64,000 bases of DNA from Flectonema sp. DT1601. Lineage: Eukaryota. The position numbers and the translations under genes are program-made. The notes below the pieces were generated by a model. That model was not told where the DNA came from. It saw nothing but the letters and a program-made list of their open reading frames with translations, and did not search any database. Numbering within the stretch: position 1 is the first letter of the stretch; each line of letters begins with the position of its first letter. The stretch covers positions 248,001 through 312,000 of the forward strand of contig OZ025795.1 of the NCBI GenBank assembly GCA_964019425.1, written 5' to 3'. This document shows positions 45,286 to 56,542 of this stretch, one piece after another.

Positions 45286-45491
45286 TTTGACAATGTAAAA
45301 ACAGTAACAACTTTAGGTATTAAAGAAAACAAAATTAATATCAAGTACTTGACTGAAAAATATTTGTAGTTGTTAATCAAAGAAACACAAGGGGGGGAAG
45401 AGGGTAAATCTTTGACAATATAAAAACAGTAACAACATTAGGTATAAATACAAAATTAAAATCAAGTACTTAACTGAAAAAGATATTTGTA
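45286..45491. repeat. Two imperfect ~82-bp direct repeats (45286-45368, 45411-45491)
   Basis: TTTGACAAT(G/A)TAAAAACAGTAACAAC..TAGGTAT..AAAATTAA.ATCAAGTACTT.ACTGAAAAA occurs twice. Confidence 0.8.
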
Positions 45492-45642
45492 CCACCTCTG
45501 AGGCACTGTTATTGACATGGGGAAGAGGGAACAAACAAAAAAAAAAAAAAAAAACATTTTTTTTTTTTTTATAGAGAGAAATATGAGGAAGGGGTTTTTA
45601 AAAAAAAGAACTGATTTAAGAAAAATAAGTAAATAATTATGA

Positions 45643-48600
45643 CTAAAGCCAACATTCCCGAGGAGAGAGTAACTTACTCCACGGGTCAGGAGAACCGGCG
45701 TAGTCCTCCCTGCGATCTTCAATTTTTGATAGTTTTCGTTGAAGATGTGTCATTTGGTTACTAAGTGAAGACAACACCATTAGTACTCTTGGATCACTTC
45801 CTCGGATTGGATCTCCGCGACCATCACGTTGATGTCGCTTCCGTCCTTTTGGCTTCTCAGGAATCGTAATGTCACTGAAGCTGGTGTCGTAATCACTTTC
45901 AGGAGTGATATTCATTTTAGACGCTCTTCTTATTAGCCAATACTCACGATTATGTAAAGCCTTTACATCAGCGTTTAGTTCTTGTGCTTTCTTATCAAGT
46001 TTTAGTCTTGCTTTGCGTAAGACTTTTATTACTTCTGTTTGTTCTTCCATTCCTCGTAAGCCGTCAACATCAGTGTCCCATTGTTTGCGTAGTGATTGCA
46101 GCTTCTCCTGTTTTTTTAAAAATTGGTTTTTTTTTTTTTTTTTGTAACAGTCCTTTGTTTTAAAAAAAAAAGACATCAAGATATACCTGTCGAGCTTTCA
46201 ATTCTCGTTTTTGTCTTTTGAGATAGTGCTTTGCTTGCCGAAGGGCTTCATACCCAGGTGAAGGCCGGTTATCTTTGTATGGCTTTGGTTGAGTTCGTCT
46301 GGTGTTTCGTGACTTTGCTTCGTGTTCTTTCTCAGCACGTTTGATATAAGGCTGTAGGATAGCATCACTATCATTGTCAGATGGTAATGAAATGTTTTCA
46401 AGAGGAGGAGGAGGTGCTTGAGACTTTAACGTTGGTTCCTTTCTAACAGGTTTTACTGCAGGGATCGCATTAGTCAAATCTTGAAATCTTTGATGGGTCG
46501 CAGTGTTTCTCTCTAATTCATCAGCAAGTCGCTTTTCAACTTCTTTGATCGAATTCTCTGCAGCATCAGCAGCAGTTCGTAAAGCGATGTCGAGCTTTTC
46601 CTGTTCCATGTTCTGAAAGTCTGCAAGGCGGAGTTTCATTTCACTCTCAACATGTTCTCGTTCAACAGCTTCCCTTTCAGATGCTTGTTTTTGTAATTCA
46701 GATATCACTTTTTGAAAGGCGTCTGTCTGCTCTTTACGGAATGCCTCAATCTTTGCTTCAGTTGCTTTCCTTTCCTCTTCCATGTGTGTATTGCTGCTGC
46801 TTTCAAGTAGGGTTTCTTTCTCTGCAAGAGAAGCATCTTGAAGCCTGCTTATTTCATCTGCTATGCGAAGTTCTTCTTCTTGTCTTCTTTGATTTATTAG
46901 TCTGCTTGATTCTTCAGCGTAGTTTTTAATGTGATTTTCTGTCTCTTCTTCGAGACGTTTTTTTTCAGCAGATATTCTCTCTTTGTGTTCTTTGAGGATG
47001 TCGTCTAGTTTTTGTTCACCTTCCAGTTCGATTGACTTCTCAAGATCAGCAAGTTGTTTTTTGTGAGTTTGTTCAGCAGCTGTGATCTGTTTTTTTAGTA
47101 GGGATTCTTGACGTTGGGTTTCTTCTTCAAGAGTTAGTAGTCTTTGAGAGAGGTCCTGTTGTTTTAGTTGAAGGTCGTTATCCAGTTGTGAGGACTTATC
47201 ATCAGCAACTTGTCGAAGTGAAGCAATTTCCTGTTCAAGTTGTTGTGTCGAATTAAGATTCGAATCCTTTCGAGAAAGTATTAAATCTTGTTGTCTTTTC
47301 ATTTCAGAATTTAAATCATTCAGAGTTGTGACTTGTGACGCGATGTCGGATTCTAGTCGAGTTCGTTTCTCCTTCAGCTGTTCTTGAATTACTTCAAGTT
47401 CTTTTAATTTTGATGCTCTCTGTTCGTGTTGTAATCGACTTGCAGCTATTTCTTCATCAAGTCTATCACTTGGAAGACTCATAGAACTTAGTGAACGACC
47501 TTCATTAGATAGATTCTTATCATTTTGTAATTGAGTTGTGAGTTCTTGAAGATCTGATTGTTTGGTAGTTATGATGTCTTCTAAATTTTGTTTTTCAGAT
47601 GTCATTTCTCGCTGTCGTTTTTCTGCTTCAGCTAATAAAGCGGAAGACTCCTGTTCATGAGTCTCTTTTAGAGAACTTATTTGTTTTAGTAAATCAGCTT
47701 GGAGTTTTTGTTTATCAACGTCGGTAGTTGATCTCGCTGTAGTGAGGGTTTCTTCTTGTTCTTCTCGGAGTCTGGTTAGCTCTTTTTTGTTTCGGATTCG
47801 AAGGTCTTCGAGTTCTTGTTCTTGGTCATGGAGTGCTTTAGTTTCACTTTGTCGTTTAATATCAGAAAGTCTTTCTTCTTTTGATGCTGTCAGTTGTTTT
47901 ATTTTACGTTGTTTTTCAACTTCCAGTTGTTTTCTACTTTGATCTTGTAGGAGTTGTTGGTTAGCTCTCCAAGACTCGTACTTTTCACTTATCTCACCTT
48001 CGTATTTTCGACGTCTTTCTTGAAGTTCTGATTCCCATTCATTTTGCTTTGCGGTGTTTTTTCTTCGAGATGTACTTTTTAAAGTGTCCATCTGTAATTC
48101 TAAGTCTTCTATCTCCTTTTGATATTCGTGTTTCATTCTACGCTTCTGTGCTTCGTGAGTTAGTTTTTCCTGCTCTTCAATTTCTTGGTATTTGTCTCGG
48201 ATTTTATCGATTTCCTTTTTAAGTTCATTTTCAGCTTTTCTAATAGCGGTTTGATCTGGACCTATTTCTTCAGGTTTAGAGATTATACTACCAGACAAAT
48301 TACCTTGAACTGATTTCAGACCCCTCATCGTGAGGGGAGCTGAGGTAGGACCATCGGCATCAATACCCTTACGCAACACAGGTAAAGCTGTTCTCCCTAA
48401 GGCTGATGCACTTATTGGGTCACCAGTTGTTGCTAGTGGAGCAGGTAGCCCAGCACCAAATTTATTTTTTTTAAGTCCACCTTTTTCCAAAGTGTTTCCA
48501 ACTTTAACGTCGTTCTTCTCAGTTGCTTGTGACAATGCTCTTGATAGCGTGTCTGGAAGAGCACCTTTTTCACCCTTTTCTTTTTTTTTTCGATCTTTCT

Positions 48601-49021
48601 TCGGAGGATGTCCGTGAATAAATTCATAAGTCTCATCGTCAGGACCCTTTTTGAACGGTTTACCTTCGCGTCTTTTTTTATTTTCTCTTTTGTAAAGTGC
48701 TTTGAATTGTTCATCTAATGGATGGTCCCATATAGATTCACCAGTTTGAAAATTAAAATAATAAAGATCTGCTGTATCAGTTTTACATTGTCTCCAATTA
48801 TCAGGTAGTGGTGCTTTTAGTCCTTCTTCAGCTATCCAAGTAAGTTGTGAGTCTTGGTTTATTTCCATACCAAGCCAGTTAGCATAGTCTAATACTTGTG
48901 AATGAGGTGGCTTATAATCGGGATCAAATTCATCCTCAAGAACAACACTTGCTGTTCCATCATCAGCGTAGTAAACCAAATCTGATTTAGGGATGATCAC
49001 CCTTTCTTTAGGTCCTCCCAT
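45643..49021 (-). CDS. CEP164: CEP164-like WW-domain coiled-coil protein, paralog 1; 2 exons (49021-46187, 46107-45643)
   Basis: VLEDEFDPDYKP..YANWLGM...WIAEEGLKAPLPDNW...YYFNFQTGESIWDHPLD is the CEP164 N-terminal signature, followed by a long coiled coil. Confidence 0.88.
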
Positions 49022-49726
49022 ATTATTTTTTTTTTTTCCCCCCTTCCAGTTCTGTCGTTACATAATTTTAATTTTTCATAAAAAAGAAATTTTGACCCAA
49101 CAAAGGGTACACATAAAAGGGTAATAAGAAAAATATAAACAGAAAATAACAATAAATAACAATAAATATAATTTTAAAAAAAAAAAAAAAGAGGGTAATA
49201 AAGATGAAATACACCTCTCTTGAAAAAATCGCATGATATCTAATCAAAAAAAGAAACAAGAAAAAGAGGAGAAAGAAGACAAAATAGATAGGCAATGGTG
49301 ATACTGAGCTAAGGGAAGCTGGTGAAGAAGAAAAAACTATCAGCCATTGGACTCGCTTGACTTCAGTCTACTTTTATACAAATAAGAAGGAAAAATTTCA
49401 ATCAATTAGTCAATGATACAGTGACCACAGCGATTTTTTATTTTTTATTTTTATTTTTTAAATTCAAAAATCAGTTTAAAAAAAAAAAATAATGTTTTTT
49501 TTTTTTTTTTTTTTTTGCTTGAATAATTGAAGAATAAAGAATTAGGTGGTTCAGGAATGGTACACACAAAGAAAGTATAAAAACTATTTTAAAAAAAAAA
49601 AAAAAAAATCCGATTATTACACAAAAAGTAACAAAATTAAGTTGATTACAGCATGTCGTAGCCAGAAAGCCAGAAGCTGTTAGCCGTGAGGGTAATCTAA
49701 TACACAAAGATCAACAGAATGTTAAT

Positions 49727-52700
49727 TTACCAACATTGACGTCGTGCACGTGGTGATTGTAGCCACTTGCTCCATTGATCGATGACAGTCGGAGAGTCTA
49801 AGGAATAACCTTGACGATTGTATCGTCTCCCAGAGTCCTCAATTTTTGATAGTTTTCGTTGAAGATGTGTCATTTGGTTACTAAGTGAAGACAACACCAT
49901 TAGTACTCTTGGATCACTTCCTCTGTCTCTTTTATCAGAGCGAACCCGATTGCGACGTTTTCTCCCTTTCGGTTTCTCTGGTATTGTTATTTCACTCATG
50001 CTGGTTTCACATTCGCTTTCCATTCCCATTTTAACTATTCTCTGTCTCAACCAATACTCTCTGTTTTGTAAAGCCTTGGCTTCAACATTAAGTTCTTGGG
50101 CTTTCTTATCAAGTTTCAAACGCGCCTTTCTGAGGGAATTCATTTCGTGAGCATGAGCGTTGGATCCACGTAGGGCATCAACATCAGCATCCCATTGTCT
50201 ACGCATTAATTGTAACTTATCCTATTAGTTGTTTAGTTGCTTGTTTTTAAGGAATAATACACCTCCCTGTCATTAAACTGATGGGATGAAGTAAAAGGAA
50301 CACACCTGTCTGGATTTGAGATCTTTTTTCTGATTGCGAAGGTAAGATTTAGCCTGTCGTAACTGTTCCTTCTCAAGATGCTGAGAAGATAAATCAGTGC
50401 GAAGAGTTTGATGAATAAATTCAGGAGAAGCGTGTTCGCTTGATTTGGGAGATGATGAGAAAACATGCTGTTGCTGTTGCTGTTGTTGTTGTTGCTGTTG
50501 AAGTTCTCGTTGTTTTAAGTCGAGCTGTCTGCGGCTTTCTGCAATCTGTTCTTCGATCTTCGTCCGCTTTGATTCCAATTCTGAATTCATTTTGACGGTA
50601 ATTTGTTTTAGTTTTACATCAGTCGCATAACGAGCCTCGTCGCAGGCTACCTTCAGATGTTGTTCTTCTAATTCACGAAATTGTTTTAGTCTGTCCTGAA
50701 CATCTTTATTAACTTGATCTCTTTGATGTGCTTCTTGTATTTTAGATTCAGAAGTGAGTTGTTGTTTAATTGTAAATAGCTTCTGCTGTTCAGCTGTACG
50801 AAAAGCATCCAACTTGTTATCCAACTCGTGGGTGGCGATGGTGGCAGTCGAACCGTCTTTCAGGAGCTCTCTTTTCTTCTGCTCACTCTCAGAACGTAGT
50901 TGCAATACGAGATTACTCATCTTCTGTTCTTCTTCTTCCTTCTGTCGTGATAGCTGCTGATTTACATGAGCAGCGTGAGATTCTATTTGTTTGATGGCAT
51001 CTCTTTCAAGACGAGAACGTTCCTTTTCAACATTAGCTTCACACGTAGCAATCAGTTGAGCCTTTTGACTCTGACTCTCATATTCATACGTAGACATCAA
51101 TTCTTCCATTGTTATAGTGTGGTGATCATTAGCTTCTTGTAGAACACGTCGAAGAGATTTCTCTTTAGTTTCGGTTTCATTTTCGAGTTCACGAAGGCGG
51201 GAATTATGTTCTTTTTTACGCTCGTCTAAAGTCGATTGTATTTTTTTCTTTTCCGCTTCGTGTTTTTGAGATATTTCCTTATCAACATCATCGATTGGTA
51301 ACACTTCTAACTCTGGTGTTTGTCTTGCAATAGTAGAGCGCGTAGCTTCAAGATCTTGGTTGACTTGAAGAAGACGGTTTTCCTTGTCTCGTGTTTCTTG
51401 TTCTAAGGCAGAAATCTTTAAATCAATCTCAGACTTACGAGCAGCAAGTTGGTCATCCAGTTGTTTTTTTTCCAGCTCGTGACGCTTTCTCGCAGCCGCC
51501 AGCTCTTCCTCCATTTCTTCACTTAGGTGACTAAGGGAACTTACAGGTCGTGATTGCCTTGTTTCTTCTATCGACTCTTTCTCCTTTTCTATTGCTAATG
51601 TTAGCTGATTAAGGTTCTTTCTCGATGCGCGAAGTTGCTCTTCGAGTCGTGAAGCTTCAGCCTGAATCGATTCTTTTTTTACAATGAATTTCTTATTGTA
51701 TTCTTCTTCTTCTTTTTTGTGATTATCTTTCAAATCGCGGAGATCTGATTCTAACTTTAGTTGCAGACGTCGTTTTTCTTCTTCTGTATCATTAAGGAGA
51801 TTCGATATGGCAGCCTCTTGTTGCCTTCGGAGATCATCAAATTTAGGATTTGGATTCTTCACGAGGGAGTTTTCATGTGCTTTACGTTGAGTTTCTACGT
51901 CAAGGTCGTGGTCTTCACGAAGACTTTGAAGGAGTTGGTCTTGTTTTCTTGTTAACTCATCTAAGCTTTGCTTCATATCGTCTTTAAATTCCTCGACTTT
52001 GCTCTGATGGTTAGCATCGCGTTCCTTCTTCCAAGACTCATACTTCTCCAGAAGATCCGATTCACAGTTGCGGCGTTTTTCATCCAACTGCTGGTCCCAA
52101 GCGCTTTGTTGATTTAAGTGCTCGCGTCTGATTTGATTTTTTTTACTTTCTAAGTCAAGTTCAAAATCTTGAAGCTCCTGATCAAGTTGTCTTTTGAGAC
52201 GTCGTTGTTGTTGTTCAGCTGATCTTTGTTCTTCTTCAGCAAGTTTTTGATATTCAAGTGTCAGTTCTTCAAGACTTCGTTCCGTAGCAGAGTTGCCAGG
52301 GTTTGATAAGATTTTACTCTCAAGGGGTTTCGAACTGGACAATCCCCTTAAAGTAATCGGCGCTGCAGGAGATTCTGACTTACTAGGCCCTAACCCAGGG
52401 AGTGCTGCTCTACCTAAGGCTGGTGCAGGCATGGATGATTCGGTACTTGCGATCGGTCCCAAAGGCGATCCTTTCGTCTTGTAAGGGTTAGAAGGAAGAC
52501 TACCAAATTTCCCTTTACTACGTGCACCTGCTAGACTGTTCGAACCAGGTGTGCCTTCAGTTTTTTTTTCACTAGCGTCACATAGTGCTTTAGTTAAAGG
52601 TTCCGGAAGTCCTCCTTTGGATTCTTTTTTTTTATTTTTCTTCTTGTCTTTTGGAGGAGGGTAGCCGTGGACGAACTCATATGTATCATCATCAGGACAC

Positions 52701-53083
52701 GCTTTGAAAGGTTTTCCTTCCCTTCGTTTTTGACTCTCTCTCTTGTAGAGGGTTTTAAACTTCTCATCGAGAGGATGATCCCAAATTGACTCACCAGTTT
52801 GAAAGTTAAAATAATAAACATCTGCCGTCTTGACATTCTTTATGGGTCTCCAGTTCTCTGGAAGTGGAGTTGTTAATCCTTGGTATGCAATCCACATTAG
52901 AGGGCCGTCATTGTCGATGTCCATTTCTAACCAAGCAGCGTATTCAAGGATTTCTGTTTCTGAAGGCTCATAGTCTGGTTTAAAGACGTCTTCTAATACA
53001 ATACTTTCGGTTCCGGTCTCCTCAGAGTAGTAGACCGACTGAGCATCAGGAATAATCACCTTCTCTCCCCCTTTGCCCTTCAT
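49727..53083 (-). CDS. CEP164: CEP164-like WW-domain coiled-coil protein, paralog 2; 2 exons (53083-50306, 50221-49727)
   Basis: Same N-terminal signature. The intron is at the homologous position (RQ|) with GTGTGT..TAG ends. Confidence 0.88.
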
Positions 53084-53202
53084 GATGTTATCCTCTCCTT
53101 TTATATGAAATTAATATTATTTTATTTTTTTATACAGGAAAAAAGAAAATAAATAAATAAATAACCGCCATTAAAAAATATAAATGCAAAAAAAGGAATG
53201 GG

Positions 53203-53374
53203 GAAAACAAAAGTTATTACGCAAAGGTTTTCTAAAGTAAGAATAAGATCTCCCTTGTGTAGGAAATTGTTGTTTTCTCCCAAATAATAAATAGACGAAA
53301 GTGTCGGTGTAAAATAATACAATAAAACCTTTAGTTGGTTCGAAACGCCTCATTTAATTAACAAGTGAGGGGGG
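53203..53374. repeat. Dispersed ~160-bp element, copy 2 (other copy 13168-13330)
   Basis: See copy 1; same orientation, upstream of a different gene. Confidence 0.85.
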
Positions 53375-53458
53375 TTAGTATGAAAAAGTTTTTTAAAAAG
53401 AAAAAGTGCTTTAGTACTGGTTGCTTTAATAACGTGGTCAATATCGTTTAGATAAATC

Positions 53459-54259
53459 TTATATTTTGTTTAACAATAAAATTAATAAAACAAAAATAAC
53501 AACTTTTCCAAACAAGTACAGAGAGCTCTTACTACGAACAACGGCCGGGACGTTGAGCCCTTCGAGACTGCACTCTGTTTTGATTCCGAGGGGTTTCGTA
53601 TTGGAAGAAGCTCTTAATACAACTGGTGGAGATTCGATTTTACTCACCAAAGCTGGTACAACTGCATCAGGTATTATCACTTTCTCTCTCACTGTATTAC
53701 TATTAATGTTTTCCAGAGCTGCTACAACCGGTGCGACTATGAATTCATTGCTTGTAATTGGTACTGAGGATGGCTCTGTTTTGGTTTCTCTCTCTGAAGG
53801 TTTGCAGTCAGGTGTGACTTTACTTTCAGATTCTCCCTTCTCATTCTTCTTCTCGTCTTTTAGAGGACTATGAATGAATGCATCAGTTTCGTCATCAGGA
53901 CACGTCTTAAAAAGTTTTCCTTCCCTTCGTTTTTGACTCTCTCTCTTGTAGAGGGTTTTAAACTTCTCATCGAGAGGATGATCCCAAATTGACTCACCAG
54001 TTTGAAAGTTAAAATAATAAACTTCACCCGTCTCAATTTCCCTTATTGGTTTCCAACCATCTGGAAGTGGAGTGGTTAGACCATATCGGGAGATCCACAT
54101 TAATTCATCATCTTCGTTGGTATTCATTCCTAAGTAAGTAGCAAACTCAACTAGCTCTGATTCCGAAGGTTTGTATTTAGAAGTATTTATATCAACTTGA
54201 ACAACACTTTGAATGTTATTATCATTGAAGTAGACTTGTCCTTCTTTTATGTTTGACAT
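53459..54259 (-). CDS. Truncated CEP164-like WW protein, paralog 3, with a hydrophobic C-terminal tail
   Basis: WW region YYFNFQTGESIWDHPLD, no coiled coil, ending VVIFVLLILLLNKI. Confidence 0.72.
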   Translation of the reverse strand: MSNIKEGQVYFNDNNIQSVVQVDINTSKYKPSESELVEFATYLGMNTNEDDELMWISRYGLTTPLPDGWKPIREIETGEVYYFNFQTGESIWDHPLDEKFKTLYKRESQKRREGKLFKTCPDDETDAFIHSPLKDEKKNEKGESESKVTPDCKPSERETKTEPSSVPITSNEFIVAPVVAALENINSNTVREKVIIPDAVVPALVSKIESPPVVLRASSNTKPLGIKTECSLEGLNVPAVVRSKSSLYLFGKVVIFVLLILLLNKI

Positions 54260-55279
54260 GTTTGGTTGTTTATCTGTTTTTTTTTAATGAAAAGTAAGCT
54301 AACAGAAATTAATAATCTTAAAGTACCACAACTCACTAGCAATACTGAACTAAACTAAAGCTATACTTCTCCAGTAGGATGAGATAAGACCACTTTTCAG
54401 GGTGGAACAGTAATCAATGAGAGGAATATAAGTGACTCCTAACTTATGTTTTTCAGATTAAAAAAATCGACGAAAAGTGTCGGAGGGGTAGTTGGGATGG
54501 GTTGGTTCCAAAAACACCTAAGTTCTTTGGACAGCCGTTGGAAAAATCAACGAACGGGAATTGCTTCCGAAACTGGGGAGCAATCGTAGTTTCTGATCGC
54601 AGCACCTCACCTACTTTGTGAAGAGTGAGGGAAAAGAGACCTACCACTCCCCACAGAAGAGATAGCCAACGATCCCCACCGTGATAACTGCCTAATACCA
54701 ACAACAGGTAACCCTCACTTCACTGTTGATCTTTATTTCCTTTTTTTTTTTTTTTTTTAAAAATTGAGATGTTGGAAATTCAGCTACATCCTTGTCACGC
54801 TATACTCTTCCGATGGGGATATGGGAGGTCATAAAAACAAACGTGCAAAAAAAAAACTCTAAAACCTGGAATCGCCATTATAATGGCTTTTGAGAAAAAA
54901 GAGATTTGGCAAAAATGACTCCGTACCCAAAGGGACGGCGCATCCTTGTTTTGCTAAGCGCCACGAAAATCTGGCTAAGTCGGCAACATCTTTAAGCACA
55001 ATAGTAGCCATCAAATAAAGTTGACAGGAAGCCCCTGCATCCACAAGAACACCAAATTTACAGTACCGCACGCTGACAGGGGCCATTCATTGTCATTCAA
55101 GTTCGAGTCCCGAAGATTTTCCTCTTGTTTGCCAATTTTTCGAGAGAAAAAAAATGTATAAAAAGAAATGGGGTTTTACCCCTCTAAGGTTAATACTAAT
55201 CGCTCAGTTATTCCAAGCAAATTTGTTTGTCAGTCGCACGCCTACATCAGTAAGAAGAATACAGGAAATAAAAAGAAGT

Positions 55280-55315
55280 GGGAGATGTGGCAACCCATGG
55301 GTTGCCACATCTCCC
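55280..55315. repeat. Perfect 36-bp palindrome
   Basis: GGGAGATGTGGCAACCCA|TGGGTTGCCACATCTCCC. Confidence 0.95.
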
Positions 55316-56542
55316 CCTCTTTTTGCAATCTTTTTTTGACTATAAAAGAGTGAGACGGTTCACCGGCAGATACCTGCTGTGGATGACCACAGGTAATACC
55401 CGCAGGGAAGGAAAGCCGAACAGACGACATCAACACAACACACAAAAAAAAAAACGCACTAAAATAAATATATAAAATGGAAGAAGAATTACTCACTTCA
55501 AAAAAAAAAAAGGGCAAAATAAACAACGTAAATTTTTTTTCGACATTATAAAATCGTGAAGATGAGAAAAAAATAAATTAAAAAAAGTCCAAACACACAA
55601 CGCAAGGGCACTCCATTTTCGGGATTATTATTCTCATTCGTAGTCTATAAAAATGTAAATTGTCTTACAATAAGAAACAACCTCTCTAGACTCGTACGCG
55701 TACCTGATTATTCAGACTTATTAGAGTGTTTCTGTTCATGGTGCGGTTTTGAGTAAAGGGTTTTTAACACTATAAAATAAAATTAAAAAAAAAACTAAAC
55801 ACAAAAAAAAAAAAAAAGTAAAGTCGGGATTTGAACGTACACATGCTGACACGCATACAGATCAACCGAAACACTTCCATACGGATGTTTGAGCCCGAGT
55901 GAGGTCCCGAAATGAAGAGCTCGCCTTTGTGTACCCGATGATTGTACACAGCAAGTAACCATTGTTCCAAACAAGTCTCTCTTTTCTTTTTTTTTTTTTT
56001 TTTTTTTTTTTTTTGATTGTTTGATCTCCCACTGCCTCAGTGAAGGGCCAGGGACCTACTAGAAAAAAATATGTGAAATTTATTATGTTTACGTTCGTAG
56101 TAGTTGATGCAAGACTGTTTAAATTAATCCTGTCATCAGTATTGGGAAAGATAATCCGTTGAAAGAAATCAACCAAAAGAAAAACACACATAAGTCAGAT
56201 CTTGCACAATCAACTGTTACTGCGGTATAGGAATAAGCAACAAGACAAGGTTGCCTCCGTAGAATATTTCTTTGTTGTTGATGTTTCTGATGATTTTAGA
56301 TACATAAATTTTAGAACAGAAAAGTGAGAATAAGAAAAGTAGAGATCAGTAAAAGAAAAGTATTCATTTCCACAGTTTCCTTACATCAAAAGGGTAATAG
56401 AATATGTAGTTTCAGGAACCTTAATCTGATACTACTTGTCCCTTTTTAGGCCTTCATCAGTAAGTTCTAAGGGACTTCATTCTATGTTGAAGTTGCTATC
56501 GTTCTAAGACGGTGCTCGCCAGGATAGGGCTTGCTCATGGTA

